Positions 7,940-17,370 of a DNA stretch of 32,000 bases are shown here, piece after piece. The first letter of the stretch is position 1. Each line of letters starts with the position of its first letter. Position numbers and translations under genes: made by a program. The notes beneath the pieces were generated by a model. The model was not told where the DNA came from, did no database searches, and saw only the letters and a list, made by a program, of their open reading frames with translations. The stretch spans positions 5,910,001 to 5,942,000 of the forward strand of contig NZ_LN831024.1 in NCBI RefSeq assembly GCF_001457615.1. Direction: 5' to 3'. Source of the stretch: Pseudomonas aeruginosa. GTDB lineage: Bacteria > Pseudomonadota > Gammaproteobacteria > Pseudomonadales > Pseudomonadaceae.

Positions 7940-8392
7940 ATGGAAATCCTGCTGCTACGCCTGGACTTCTGGGACTGGCTGGCCTTCGGTACCGTCCTCC
8001 TGCTCCTGGAAATCTTCGGTGCCGGCGGCTATCTGCTGCGGGTCGGCCTCACCGCCGCTTGTGTCGGTGCGCTCGACGCGCTCCTGCCGGGACTGGCCTG
8101 GCCTTGGCAGGTAGGGCTGTTCGTCCTGCTCTCCGGGCTGGTCGCCGCCTTGCATCGGCGCCGTCGCCGCAAGGCCGGTAGCGTCGAGGAAACGCCAGGG
8201 TTGCAGCGACGCGGCGACGACCTGTTCGGCCGCACCTTTCCCTTGCACCGGGCGATCGTCGGCGGGCTCGGCGAGCTGCGCGTCGAGGACGCGTCGTGGC
8301 TGGTCAGCGGTCCCGACCTGCCGCGCGGCGCCCTGGTCCGGGTCACCGGCCAGGACGGCGCCCTGCTGCACGTCGAGCCTGCCGCGCCCTGA
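7940..8392 (+). CDS. NfeD-like (YbbJ-type) membrane protein with C-terminal OB-fold
   Basis: This is the ORF 7850..8392 trimmed to MEILLLRLDFWDWLAFG (ATG at 7940, GAGGG upstream). The N-terminus has hydrophobic helices and the C-terminus is NfeD-like (GRTFPLHRAIVGGLGELRVEDASWLVSG...VRVTGQDGALLHVEP). The GTG at 7850 is an alternative start. Confidence 0.7.
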   Translation: MEILLLRLDFWDWLAFGTVLLLLEIFGAGGYLLRVGLTAACVGALDALLPGLAWPWQVGLFVLLSGLVAALHRRRRRKAGSVEETPGLQRRGDDLFGRTFPLHRAIVGGLGELRVEDASWLVSGPDLPRGALVRVTGQDGALLHVEPAAP

Positions 8393-8400
8393 ATCGCTGT

Positions 8401-8421
8401 AGCTCCCGGCCGGCGGGGGCT
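8401..8421 (+). terminator. GC hairpin 9 nt after the NfeD-like stop (no U-tract)
   Basis: AGCTCCCG-GCCGG-CGGGGGCT forms an 8-bp stem including one G-U pair. Confidence 0.3.
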
Positions 8422-8523
8422 GTACGGCAGCGGAAAAAGCGACCGGACGGTCATCCCCGCTGGAACTCCGGGACGGCAAACGCGATCTGATGTAACACGC
8501 AGCCCCCTATCAGGAGTTCCCCC

Positions 8524-8853
8524 ATGCGTTCCGTCAAACTCGCCGCCACCACCCTGGTCATCGCCGCCCTGCCGCTGGGCTCGGCCATGGCCGATACCTT
8601 CTGGCGCAACATCATTTCCTCGGGTGCCACCACGGCCTCCACCTACCTGACCTTCCGCCACGACCACAAGCTGATCGTCGCCGCGCAGGACGACGCCGGC
8701 AGCTACATCGCCAGCGACGGCGCGATCCGCGGGCCGTACCTGGAAGCCGCCCTGCAGAAGCTGCGCAACGACAACCCGGACCTGCAGGCCAGCGACATGG
8801 AACTGGCCAGCGCGATCCTCGCCGGCGGCGAGCAGTCCGCCGTCCAGCAGTAG
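8524..8853 (+). CDS. Small secreted protein (DUF2388-like), with signal peptide
   Basis: ORF 8524..8853 is preceded by CAGGAG. The N-terminal signal peptide is MRSVKLAATTLVIAALPLGSAMA|D. The family assignment is from memory of Pseudomonas paralogues. Confidence 0.65.
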   Translation: MRSVKLAATTLVIAALPLGSAMADTFWRNIISSGATTASTYLTFRHDHKLIVAAQDDAGSYIASDGAIRGPYLEAALQKLRNDNPDLQASDMELASAILAGGEQSAVQQ

Positions 8854-8861
8854 GCCACGGC

Positions 8862-8889
8862 GACCTCGCCTCCGCCCGGAGGCGAGGTC
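8862..8889. terminator. Bidirectional GC-rich hairpin between convergent genes
   Basis: GACCTCGCCTCC-gccc-GGAGGCGAGGTC is a perfect 12-bp stem. It lies between the stop at 8853 (+) and overlaps the gcvP stop (8888-8890, -). There is no U-tract on either side. Confidence 0.55.
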
Positions 8890-11764
8890 ACTCGCGGTAG
8901 TCGTCCAGCGGCACGCAGGCGCAGAACAGGTTGCGGTCACCGTAGACGTTGTCCACCCGGTTAACCGCCGGCCAGTACTTGAACGCCCGCGCATGTTCGC
9001 TCGGGGTCACCGCCTCGGCGATCTCGTAGGGTCTCTGCCAGATCCCGGTGACGTCGGCCAGGGTATGCGGCGCCCGTTTCAGCGGGTTGTCCTCCGCCGG
9101 CCAGGCGCCGCTCTCCACCTTGCCGATCTCGGCCCTGATGCTCAGCATCGCCTCGACGAAACGATCCAGCTCCGCCTTCGACTCGCTCTCGGTCGGCTCC
9201 ACCATCAGCGTGCCCGGCACCGGGAAGGACATGGTCGGGGCGTGGAAGCCGTAGTCCATCAGGCGCTTGGCCACGTCTTCCTCGGTTATCCCGGTCTGCG
9301 CCTTGAGCGGTCGCAGGTCGAGGATGCATTCGTGGGCGACGCGCTCGTTGCGCCCGCGGTAGAGCACCGGGAACGCCCCGTCCAGGCGGTTCGCCAGGTA
9401 GTTGGCGGAGAGGATCGCCACCTCGCTGGCGTCGGCCAGCTGCGGGCCCATCATGGCGATGTACATCCAACTGATCGGCAGGATGCTGGCGCTGCCCCAG
9501 GGCGCCGCGCTGACCGCGTCGTTCAGCGGGTTCGGCCCTTCGACGCGGATCACCGGATGGTTGGCGACGAACGGCGCCAGGTGCCGCTTGACCCCGATCG
9601 GCCCCATGCCCGGCCCGCCACCACCATGGGGGATGCAGAAGGTCTTGTGCAGGTTCATGTGCGAGACGTCCGCGCCGATGTCCGCCGGTCGCGCCAGGCC
9701 GACCTGGGCGTTGAGGTTGGCGCCGTCCATGTAGACCTGGCCGCCGTGGCGGTGGACCACTTCGCAGATCTCGCCTATCCCCTCTTCGTAGACGCCGTGG
9801 GTCGAGGGATAGGTGATCATCAGGCAGGACAGCCGGTCGCCCGCCTCGGCCGCCTTGAGGCGCAGGTCGTCGAGGTCGACGTTGCCGCGGGGATCGCACT
9901 CGACGATCACCACCCGCATGCTGGCCATGATCGCCGAGGCCGGGTTGGTGCCATGCGCCGATGCGGGGATCAGGCAGATGTCGCGCTGGCTATCGCCGCG
10001 GCTCTGGTGGTAGCGGCGGATCGCCAGCAACCCGGCATATTCGCCCTGTGCTCCCGAGTTCGGCTGCATGCAGATGGCGTCGAAGCCGGTGATCGCCCGC
10101 AGCCAGGCTTCCAGTTCGTCGATCATCCGGCGATAGCCCTCGGCCTGCTCGCGCGGCACGAACGGATGCAGTTCGGCGAATTCCGGCCAGGTGATGGGGA
10201 TCATTTCGCTGCTGGCGTTGAGCTTCATGGTGCAGGAGCCGAGCGGGATCATCGCCTGGTTCAGCGCCAGGTCCTTGCCTTCCAGCTGGCGCAGGTAGCG
10301 AAGCATCTCGGTCTCGCTGTGGTGGGCGTTGAACACCGGATGCTGCAGGTAGGCCGAAGTGCGTTGCAGGACCGCCGGGATGCCGTCGGCCACCGCCCCG
10401 CCATCCAGGTGCGCGACATCCAGCCCGTGGCCGGCGCCGAGGAAGATCTCGAACAGGGTCGCCAGGGTCGCCGCGTCACAGGTTTCGTCGAGGCTCAGGG
10501 CCAGCCGCCGGTCGTCGACCACGCGCAGGTTGACCCGTGCCGCCCGCGCCCGTTCGAGGATCGCCGCCTGACGCTCGCCGACCTCGTAGGTCAGGGTGTC
10601 GAAGAAGTGCCGGTTGAGCCGCCGCAGTCCCTTGCTTTTCAGGCCCGCCGCCAGCAGCGCGGTCAGGCGCTGGACGCGTTGGGCGATGCGTTTCAGCTCC
10701 TGTGGCCCATGGTAGACGGCATACAGCGAAGCAATGTTGGCCAGCAGCACCTGGGCGGTGCAGATGTTCGAGTTGGCCTTTTCCCGACGGATGTGCTGCT
10801 CGCGGGTTTGCAGGGCCATGCGCAACGCCGGGTTGCCGCGGGCGTCGCGGGAAACGCCGATGATCCGCCCCGGCATTGCCCGCTTGTACCCTTCGCGGGT
10901 GGCGAAGAACGCCGCGTGCGGCCCGCCGTAGCCCATCGGTACGCCAAAGCGCTGGGCGCTGCCGAGCACCACGTCGGCACCGAGTTCCCCCGGCGGGGTC
11001 AGCAACAACAGGGCGAGCAGGTCGCTGGCGACGCAAGCCAGCGCCTGTTGGCCGTGCAACGCCTCGATAAGCGGGCGCAGGTCGCGGATCTCGCCGCGAC
11101 TGTCCGGGTATTGCAGCAAGGCGCCGAACACCGCGTGGGCGGCAAGATTGTCCGGCTCGTCGACGACCAGCTCGAAACCGAACGCCTCGGCGCGGGTACG
11201 CAACACCGAAACGGTCTGCGGATGGCAATGCGCATCGACGAAGAACCGGTTGCTCCTGGCCTTTGCCACCCGCCTGGCCAGGGCCATGGCCTCGGCGGCG
11301 GCGGTGGCTTCGTCGAGCAGCGAGGCGCTGGCCAGGTCGAGTCCGGTGAGGTCGATGGTCAGTTGCTGGAAATTCAGCAGCGCTTCCAGGCGGCCCTGGG
11401 CGATTTCCGGCTGGTAGGGCGTATAGGCGGTGTACCAGCCGGGATTCTCCAGCACGTTGCGGAGGATCACCGACGGCGTCACGGTGCCGTAGTAGCCCAT
11501 GCCGATCAGGCTGGTCCAGCGCTGGTTGAGCCCGGCGTAGCCGCGCAGGCGCGCCAGGGCGGCCTGTTCGTCGAGCGCGGCGGGCAGTTCCAGCGGCCGG
11601 TTGAGGCGGATCGCCGGCGGCACCGTCTGCACGATCAGTTCGGCGCGAGTGGAAACTCCGAGGAAGTCCAGCATGGCCTGCTGTTCCGCAGGATCGGGGC
11701 CGAGGTGGCGGCGCAGGAAGGCATCGGCGGGCTGGAGCTGGGCGAGGGACGGCGTCTGCGACAT
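8888..11764 (-). CDS. gcvP: Glycine dehydrogenase (decarboxylating), glycine cleavage P protein
   Basis: This is the ORF 8888..12283 trimmed to [24 protein letters not shown] (cat at 11762-11764), giving 958 aa. The PLP-lysine region [16 protein letters not shown] is present. The protein is collinear with E. coli GcvP along its full length. Confidence 0.95.
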   Translation of the reverse strand: MSQTPSLAQLQPADAFLRRHLGPDPAEQQAMLDFLGVSTRAELIVQTVPPAIRLNRPLELPAALDEQAALARLRGYAGLNQRWTSLIGMGYYGTVTPSVILRNVLENPGWYTAYTPYQPEIAQGRLEALLNFQQLTIDLTGLDLASASLLDEATAAAEAMALARRVAKARSNRFFVDAHCHPQTVSVLRTRAEAFGFELVVDEPDNLAAHAVFGALLQYPDSRGEIRDLRPLIEALHGQQALACVASDLLALLLLTPPGELGADVVLGSAQRFGVPMGYGGPHAAFFATREGYKRAMPGRIIGVSRDARGNPALRMALQTREQHIRREKANSNICTAQVLLANIASLYAVYHGPQELKRIAQRVQRLTALLAAGLKSKGLRRLNRHFFDTLTYEVGERQAAILERARAARVNLRVVDDRRLALSLDETCDAATLATLFEIFLGAGHGLDVAHLDGGAVADGIPAVLQRTSAYLQHPVFNAHHSETEMLRYLRQLEGKDLALNQAMIPLGSCTMKLNASSEMIPITWPEFAELHPFVPREQAEGYRRMIDELEAWLRAITGFDAICMQPNSGAQGEYAGLLAIRRYHQSRGDSQRDICLIPASAHGTNPASAIMASMRVVIVECDPRGNVDLDDLRLKAAEAGDRLSCLMITYPSTHGVYEEGIGEICEVVHRHGGQVYMDGANLNAQVGLARPADIGADVSHMNLHKTFCIPHGGGGPGMGPIGVKRHLAPFVANHPVIRVEGPNPLNDAVSAAPWGSASILPISWMYIAMMGPQLADASEVAILSANYLANRLDGAFPVLYRGRNERVAHECILDLRPLKAQTGITEEDVAKRLMDYGFHAPTMSFPVPGTLMVEPTESESKAELDRFVEAMLSIRAEIGKVESGAWPAEDNPLKRAPHTLADVTGIWQRPYEIAEAVTPSEHARAFKYWPAVNRVDNVYGDRNLFCACVPLDDYRE

Positions 11765-11840
11765 GGCTTCGGTCTCGTTGGGGGCGGCATCGCCCTGCCA
11801 GCGATCGTCGCCGAACGGATATCGAATGAGAAAGCAACGA

Positions 11841-11895
11841 CGGCGAAAACGCATTTCGCCGCTGCAAAAAGAACAAAGCCTCGAATGATCGAGGC
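11841..11895 (-). terminator. Two tandem hairpins between gcvH and gcvP; the first looks like an intrinsic terminator
   Basis: On the minus strand, GCCTCGA-tcat-TCGAGGC (11895-11878) is followed by TTTGTTCTTTTT. Next comes CGGCGAAA-tgcgt-TTTCGCCG (11861-11841), followed by TCGTTGCTTTCTCATTCG. Confidence 0.5.
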
Positions 11896-11937
11896 CTTGT
11901 CCAAGGATAGCGGGTTTTGTCGCGACTACGCGGCGGC

Positions 11938-12327
11938 TCAGCCTTCCGCGTCGACGGCGGCCTGGTAGCCAGCGGCATCGAGCAGCTTGTCCAGCTCGGC
12001 CGGATTGCTCGGCTTGAGCTTGAAGAACCAGGACGCGTACGGGTCGTTGTTGACGTCTTCCGGGGTGTCGGCCAGGGCTTCGTTGATGGCGATGACTTCG
12101 CCGCCGATCGGCGAATAGATGTCGGAGGCGGCCTTCACCGACTCGACCACGCCCGCTTCCTGCCCGGCGGCGAGGGTCTTGCCCAGCTCCGGCAGCTCGA
12201 TGAAGACCACATCGCCAAGGGCTTCCTGGGCATGGTCGGAAATGCCCACGGTAACGCTGCCGTCGGCTTCCAGGCGAGCCCATTCGTGGCTCTGGGCGTA
12301 ACGCAGTTCGGCGGGAATATTGCTCAT
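11938..12327 (-). CDS. gcvH: Glycine cleavage system H protein (lipoyl carrier)
   Basis: This is the ORF 11938..12366 trimmed to [16 protein letters not shown] (cat at 12325-12327, GAGGAAAA upstream), giving 129 aa. The lipoyl-lysine motif VESVKAASD is present. Confidence 0.95.
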   Translation of the reverse strand: MSNIPAELRYAQSHEWARLEADGSVTVGISDHAQEALGDVVFIELPELGKTLAAGQEAGVVESVKAASDIYSPIGGEVIAINEALADTPEDVNNDPYASWFFKLKPSNPAELDKLLDAAGYQAAVDAEG

Positions 12328-12373
12328 CTTGTTTTCCTCGAAGTCGGGGGCGACGGCGGTCGCCATTGCCAGG

Positions 12374-13456
12374 TTAGATCAGGGGCTTGCCGTGACGCAC
12401 GAAACTGGGCTGGACCACCCGTACCGGGTACCACTTGCCGCGGATTTCCACCTCGGCGCGGTCGCCGGTGGCGGCCGGCACGCGGGCCAGCGCGATGGAC
12501 TTGTTCAGGGTAGGCGAAAAGCTGCCGCTGGTGATCTCCCCCTCACCAATGCCAGCTACCCGCACCACCTGGTGGGCGCGCAGCACGCCGCGCTCCTCCA
12601 GTACCAGGCCGACCAGCTTCGGCTGGTCGCCGGCGGCCTTCTGCGCTTCCAGCGCGCGGCGGCCGACGAAGTCCCGCGCAACCGGCTCCCAGGCTACGGT
12701 CCAGCCCATGTTGGCGGCAAGCGGGGAAACGCTTTCGTCCATGTCCTGGCCGTAGAGATTGAGCCCGGCCTCCAGGCGCAGCGTATCGCGCGCACCCAGG
12801 CCCGCCGGGGAGATCCCGGCGCCAACCAGCTCGTTGAGGAAACCCGGCGCCTCGGCGGCCGGCAGCATGATTTCCAGGCCGTCCTCGCCGGTGTAGCCAG
12901 TGCGAGCGATGAACCAGTCGCCCTCGGCACGGCCCTGGAACGGCTTGAGTTCGCGTATCAGCGCGGCGCGTGCCGGGGATACCAGTTCGGAGCTGTGCAC
13001 GCGGGCGTTGGGGCCCTGGATGGCGAGCATCGCCAGGTCGCCGCGTTCCTGCAGGTCGACCTTGAAGCCGGCGGCCTGCGCCTGCATCCAGGCGATGTCC
13101 TTGTCGCGGGTGGAAGCATTGACCACCACCCGGTAGCCGTGCTCGGTCAGGTAGACGATCAGGTCGTCGACCACCCCGCCCTCTTCGTTGAGCATCGCGC
13201 TGTAGAGCGCCTTGCCGGTTTCGCCGAGACGCGCCACGTCGTTCGCCAGGAGATGCTGCAGATAGGCCGTGGCCTGCTCGCCGGCGACGTCGACCACGGT
13301 CATGTGGGACACGTCGAAGACGCCGCAGTCACGCCGGACCTGATGGTGCTCCTCGACCTGCGAACCGTAGTGCAGCGGCATGTCCCAACCGCCGAAATCG
13401 ACCATCTTGGCGCCGAGCGCGACGTGCAGCTCGTAAAGCGGGGTGCGCAATCCCAT
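12374..13456 (-). CDS. gcvT: Aminomethyltransferase, glycine cleavage T protein
   Basis: This is the ORF 12374..13522 trimmed to [33 protein letters not shown] (cat at 13454-13456, GGAAGGAGAA upstream), giving 360 aa. Confidence 0.95.
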   Translation of the reverse strand: MGLRTPLYELHVALGAKMVDFGGWDMPLHYGSQVEEHHQVRRDCGVFDVSHMTVVDVAGEQATAYLQHLLANDVARLGETGKALYSAMLNEEGGVVDDLIVYLTEHGYRVVVNASTRDKDIAWMQAQAAGFKVDLQERGDLAMLAIQGPNARVHSSELVSPARAALIRELKPFQGRAEGDWFIARTGYTGEDGLEIMLPAAEAPGFLNELVGAGISPAGLGARDTLRLEAGLNLYGQDMDESVSPLAANMGWTVAWEPVARDFVGRRALEAQKAAGDQPKLVGLVLEERGVLRAHQVVRVAGIGEGEITSGSFSPTLNKSIALARVPAATGDRAEVEIRGKWYPVRVVQPSFVRHGKPLI

Positions 13457-13520
13457 GGGTATTCTCCTTCCGGGCGTAGCGGGTGCCGTCGGCAGGGACC
13501 GCCGGCACGAAATCGCGCGC

Positions 13521-13526
13521 ATTGTA
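13521..13526 (-). promoter_or_regulatory. Candidate -10 box (TACAAT) upstream of gcvT
   Basis: The minus strand reads gcggcTACAATgcg, 65 nt upstream of the gcvT ATG. No good -35 was found. An imperfect hairpin (13483-13508) lies in the putative leader. Confidence 0.3.
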
Positions 13527-13606
13527 GCCGCAAGCCCCGGAGCAGGACACCATGGAAGCGTGCCGCGATCCGTGCATAGACCCTACGACCTGCATGGATA
13601 CTGGGC

Positions 13607-15226
13607 TCAGCGATCTGAATGATGGGCAGAACGACGAATCAACCCGACCACCGGTAGCAGGCCGACCAGCACCAGGGTCAGGGCCGGCAGCGAGGCGCGC
13701 GCCCATTCGCCCTCGCTGGTCATCTCGAAGATCCGTACGGCCAGGGTGTCCCAACCGAAGGGACGCATCAGCAGGGTCGCCGGCATCTCCTTGAGCACGT
13801 CGACGAAGACCAGCAGCGCGGCGCTCAGCGAGGCCGGCAGCAACAGCGGCAGGTAGACCCGCAGGAACAGCAGCGGGCCGCCCACGCCGAGGCTGCGCGA
13901 AGCTTCCGGCAGCGACGGGCGGATCCGCGCCAGCCCGCTTTCCAGCGGCCCGTAGGCCACCGCCATGAAACGGATCAGGTAGGCCAGCAGCAGGGCGAAC
14001 AGACTGCCCAGCAGCAGCGGCTTGCCGGCGCCGCCGAGGGCGCTGGAAAGCGGGATCACCCAGTGATTGTCCAGCCAGCTGAAGGCCAGCATGATCGAAA
14101 CCGCCAGGACCGAGCCCGGCAGCGCATAACCGAGGTTGCCCAGGCCCACCGCGCCGCGGATAGCGCGGGTCGGCGCCAGGCGCACGGCGAAGGCCAGCAG
14201 CAGGGCCACGGCGACCGTCGCCAGCGCGGCGATGCCGCCCAGCGTCAGGGTATGGCCGATCAGGTCCCAGTAGCGCTCGTCGAGGTCGAAACGGCCCTGG
14301 CGCCAGAACCAGACAACCAGTTGCGCCACGGGAATCACGAAGGCGCAGAGGAACACCAGCCCGCACCAGGCGCTCGCCGCCAGCGCCCTGGCGCCGCGCA
14401 GGCGGTACAGCGGCGCGCCGCGCGGACGCTCGCTGGCGGCCTTGGCTCGGCCTCGCGTGTGGCGCTCGCCGAGCAGCACCAGGCATACCCCGAGCAACAA
14501 TAGGCTGGCCAGCTGGGCGGCGCTGGAGAGGCTGTAGAAGCCGTACCAGGTCTTGTAGATGGCGGTGGTGAAGGTGTCGAAGTTGAACACCGATACCGCG
14601 CCGAAGTCGGCCAGGGTTTCCATCACCGCCAGCGCCAGGCCGGCGCCGATCGCCGGCCGCGCCATCGGCAGGGCGACCCGCAGGAACGCCTGCCAGGGCG
14701 ACAGGCCGAGAACCCGCGCGGCTTCCATCAGGCCCTTGCCCTGGGCGATGAAGGCGCTGCGCGCGAGCAGGTAGACATAGGGATAGAACACCAGCACCAG
14801 GACCAGGATCACCCCGCCGGTGGAGCGTACGCGCGGCAACCGCAGGCCGCTGCCGAACCACTCGCGCAGCAGGCTCTGCACCGGTCCGGCGAAATCCAGC
14901 AGGCCGACGAAGACGAACGCCAGGACGTAGGCCGGGATCGCGAACGGCAACATCAGCGCCCAGTCCAGCCAGCGCCGCCCGGGGAATTCGCAGAGGCTGG
15001 TGAGCCAGGCCAGGCTGACCCCGAGCAGAGTCACGCCGATGCCGACGCCGAGCACCAGGGTCAGGGTGTTGCCGAGCAGGCGCGGCAACTGGGTATCCCA
15101 CAGGTGGCTCCAGATTTCCCGGTCGATCTCCAGCCAGCTCAGCAGCAGCACGCTGAGCGGCAGCAGCACCAGCGCGGCAACGGTGAAGGTGATGGGGTAC
15201 CAGCGGCGGGGAGCGGGATGGGCCAC
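13607..15226 (-). CDS. Fe3+ ABC transporter permease (FbpB/HitB/AfuB-type, duplicated MetI-like domains)
   Basis: 539-aa polytopic protein. It appears to start at a GTG (cac at 15224-15226) preceded by GAGGAT. It lies downstream of the FbpA-like binding protein gene. Confidence 0.85.
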   Translation of the reverse strand: MAHPAPRRWYPITFTVAALVLLPLSVLLLSWLEIDREIWSHLWDTQLPRLLGNTLTLVLGVGIGVTLLGVSLAWLTSLCEFPGRRWLDWALMLPFAIPAYVLAFVFVGLLDFAGPVQSLLREWFGSGLRLPRVRSTGGVILVLVLVFYPYVYLLARSAFIAQGKGLMEAARVLGLSPWQAFLRVALPMARPAIGAGLALAVMETLADFGAVSVFNFDTFTTAIYKTWYGFYSLSSAAQLASLLLLGVCLVLLGERHTRGRAKAASERPRGAPLYRLRGARALAASAWCGLVFLCAFVIPVAQLVVWFWRQGRFDLDERYWDLIGHTLTLGGIAALATVAVALLLAFAVRLAPTRAIRGAVGLGNLGYALPGSVLAVSIMLAFSWLDNHWVIPLSSALGGAGKPLLLGSLFALLLAYLIRFMAVAYGPLESGLARIRPSLPEASRSLGVGGPLLFLRVYLPLLLPASLSAALLVFVDVLKEMPATLLMRPFGWDTLAVRIFEMTSEGEWARASLPALTLVLVGLLPVVGLIRRSAHHSDR

Positions 15227-15248
15227 GAAATCCTCGGTGCGGAACGAA

Positions 15249-15279
15249 CGACGCCCCGCTCGGACGAGCCGGGGCGTCG
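15249..15279 (-). other. Intercistronic stem-loop between the binding-protein and permease genes
   Basis: CGACGCCCCG (15249-15258) pairs perfectly with CGGGGCGTCG (15270-15279) around an 11-nt loop. It sits in the 67-nt gap between the two genes. Confidence 0.5.
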
Positions 15280-15293
15280 AGTATAACCGGCGG

Positions 15294-16292
15294 TCAGTTC
15301 CAGCCGGCGCGGTCCATCAGGCGAATCGCCTCGGCCTGGCGCTTGCCGGCAACTTCCACCGGGATGCTGTCGGCCTTGAAGCTGCCCCAGCTGGCGACTT
15401 CGGCTGACGGCGCGACCTGCGGGTTGGCCGGGAATTCCTGGTTGATCCCGGCGAACAGCGCCTGGGCGTCGGGCCCGGTCATCCATTCCACCAGCGCCTT
15501 GGCTGCCTCGGGATGCGGCGCGTGGCGAGTCAGGCCGATGCCCGACAGGTTGACGTGGACGCCGCGGTCGGCCTGGTTCGGCCAGAACAGCTTGACCCGC
15601 AGGTTCGGGTTCTGCTTGTGCAGGCGCCCGTAGTAGTAGGTATTGACGATGCCGACGTCGCACTGGCCGGCGTCCACCGCCTGGATCACCGCGTTGTCGT
15701 CGGCGAATACGTCGGTGGCCAGGTTGTTCACCCAGCCCTGGAGGATTTCCTCGGTCTTCTGCGCCCCGTGGGTCTCGATCAGGGTCCCGGTCAGCGACTG
15801 GTTGTAGACCTTCTTCGCCGTGCGCAGGCACAGGCGGCCTTCCCATTGCTTGTCGGCCAGGGCTTCGTAGGTGCTCAGCTCTTCCGGCTTGACCCGCTCG
15901 GTGGAGTAGACGATGGTCCGCGCGCGCAGCGACAGTCCGGTCCAGCTATCGGTGCTGGAACGATACTGCGAGGGAATGTTCCGTTCGATGGTGGCCGACT
16001 TGAACGGTTGCAGCAGGCCCATCTGCTCGGCCTGCCAGAGGTTGCCGGCGTCCACGGTGAGCAGCAGGTCGGCCGGGGTGTTAGCGCCTTCGGCCTTGAT
16101 CCGCGCCATCAGCGGCGCTTCCTTGTCGGTGATGAACTTGACCTTCACGCCGGTCTTGCTGGTGTAGGCATCGAACACCGGCTTGATCAGCTCGTCGATG
16201 CGCGAGGAATACACCACCACTTCGTCGGCGGCCTGGGCCAGGCCGGTGATGCCCAGGGCCAGGGCGGCGAGTAGAGCTTTGCTTGCCTGCAT
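15294..16292 (-). CDS. Fe3+ ABC transporter periplasmic binding protein (FbpA/HitA/AfuA family)
   Basis: This is the ORF 15294..16547 trimmed to [21 protein letters not shown]|ADEVVVYSS (cat at 16290-16292). It has a signal peptide and resembles FbpA/HitA (..[25 protein letters not shown]..). Confidence 0.88.
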
Positions 16293-16322
16293 GAAGAACA
16301 GCCTCGTCAGCGGAACGTAGGC

Positions 16323-16341
16323 ACGAATGATAAGAAATCTC
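16323..16341. promoter_or_regulatory. Weak Fur-box-like sequence upstream of the Fe3+ binding protein gene
   Basis: acgAATGATAAgaAaTcTC matches the 19-bp Fur consensus GATAATGATAATCATTATC at 12 of 19 positions, including an uninterrupted AATGATAA core. It lies 31-49 nt upstream of the ATG, in an unusually AT-rich patch. Confidence 0.35.
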
Positions 16342-16359
16342 GCTTGCGAACCCGCGCGA

Positions 16360-17274
16360 CTAAATGTGTCGGGGTGTTTCGCTTGCGTCCAAGCCACCGA
16401 GGATGGCGAGGAACGCCTCCACCGCGGCGCTGCGGCCATGGCGGCGGGTGAAGACGAGGAAATCGGCCAGCGCCTCGGGCTCGGCCAGCGGGCGATAGAC
16501 GACTCCGGCCCGGGCCAGCGCGGTGCTGCAACGCGGCACCAGGGCAACGCCCTGGCCGGCCGCGACCAGGGCGATGATCGAGGTGATCTGGCGTCCGGCC
16601 GGTCCCCTCGTCAGCGCCAGCCCGGCCTTCCGGTAGAGGCGCTCGATCAGTTCGTTGAGGCCGGAGCCGTAGTCCAGTGGAAACAGGATCAGCGGCCGAT
16701 CACGCAGATCGTACAGGTCGATCCGCTCTTGCCGCGCCAGCGGATCGCCGTTGGGCACGGCCACCACCAGCGGCTCGCCGCCCAGGGCCAGCACCTCGAT
16801 GCCGACCTGGCCTTCCGGCGGCGGCAGGCGCCCCAGCCCCACATCGATGCCGCCTTCGGCGATCTGCGCCCATTGCGCCGCCGAAGCGCCTTCGAGCAGC
16901 TCCAGTTGCACCTCCGGATGGCGCTCGCGGAACAGTCGGATCGCCTCGGTGAACAGGTCCGACAGGGCGATGGAGCTGGCGTAGCCGAGGGTCAGGTGGC
17001 CGGCCAGCCCCTGCGCCAGCTTGCGGGCGAAGCCGGCGGTGCGCTCCAGTTGGTCCAGCAGGGCGCGTGCGTAAGGCAGGAACAGGCTGCCCTCGGCGGT
17101 GAGGGTCACCGCCCGGCTGGAGCGGTCGAACAGGCGAAAGCCCAGCTCTTCCTCCAGCGCGGATATCTGCCGGGTCAAGGGCGGCTGCGCCATGTGCAGG
17201 CGCTGGGCGGCGCGGCCGAAATGCAGGGTTTCGGCAACGGCTGCGAAGCAGCGCAGGCGGCGTAGGTCGAGCAT
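16360..17274 (-). CDS. LysR-family transcriptional regulator
   Basis: This is the ORF 16360..17937 trimmed to [45 protein letters not shown] (cat at 17272-17274), giving 304 aa. It has the canonical N-terminal wHTH and a LysR substrate-binding domain. Confidence 0.9.
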
Positions 17275-17282
17275 GCGGTTCC

Positions 17283-17310
17283 TCGGTATCGATCGGTCCT
17301 GAATCGGTAT
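17283..17310. promoter_or_regulatory. Three helically phased TCGGT(AT) direct repeats in the LysR/MFS divergent region
   Basis: TCGGTAT at 17283, TCGGTCC at 17293 and TCGGTAT at 17304, spaced 10 and 11 bp apart. A possible -10 (TATAAC, 17335-17340) for the MFS gene lies downstream. Confidence 0.3.
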
Positions 17311-17370
17311 TGGCCAGCCCGTCGGGAGCGCCCCTATAACAGGGGGTTTCTCGTCCAGGCAGAGCGTTCC

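Noticed and set aside
11786-11800. Sigma54-like TGGCAG-N5-TGC on the minus strand upstream of gcvP. It was tempting because glycine-cleavage genes can be under enhancer-binding-protein control.
   Set aside because: The GG-to-GC spacing is one nucleotide short of the strict -24/-12 geometry (TGGCAC-N5-TTGC), and the -12 element is only TGC. It most likely arose by chance in GC-rich sequence.
8993-11968. 991-aa plus-strand ORF antisense to gcvP, and the 1263-aa ORF 26808-30599 antisense to the ABC genes.
   Set aside because: The reasoning is the same. The opposite strand encodes full-length GcvP and RbbA-like proteins with intact catalytic motifs. The antisense translations are low-complexity (R/A/G/Q/H-rich).
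13457-13606. Possible glycine riboswitch in the gcvT leader.
   Set aside because: I could not find the conserved aptamer cores (GGAGAG...CACCG / ACCGAAGGGGCAA-like blocks) on the minus strand. The region has only a generic imperfect hairpin (13483-13508). A covariance-model scan would settle it.
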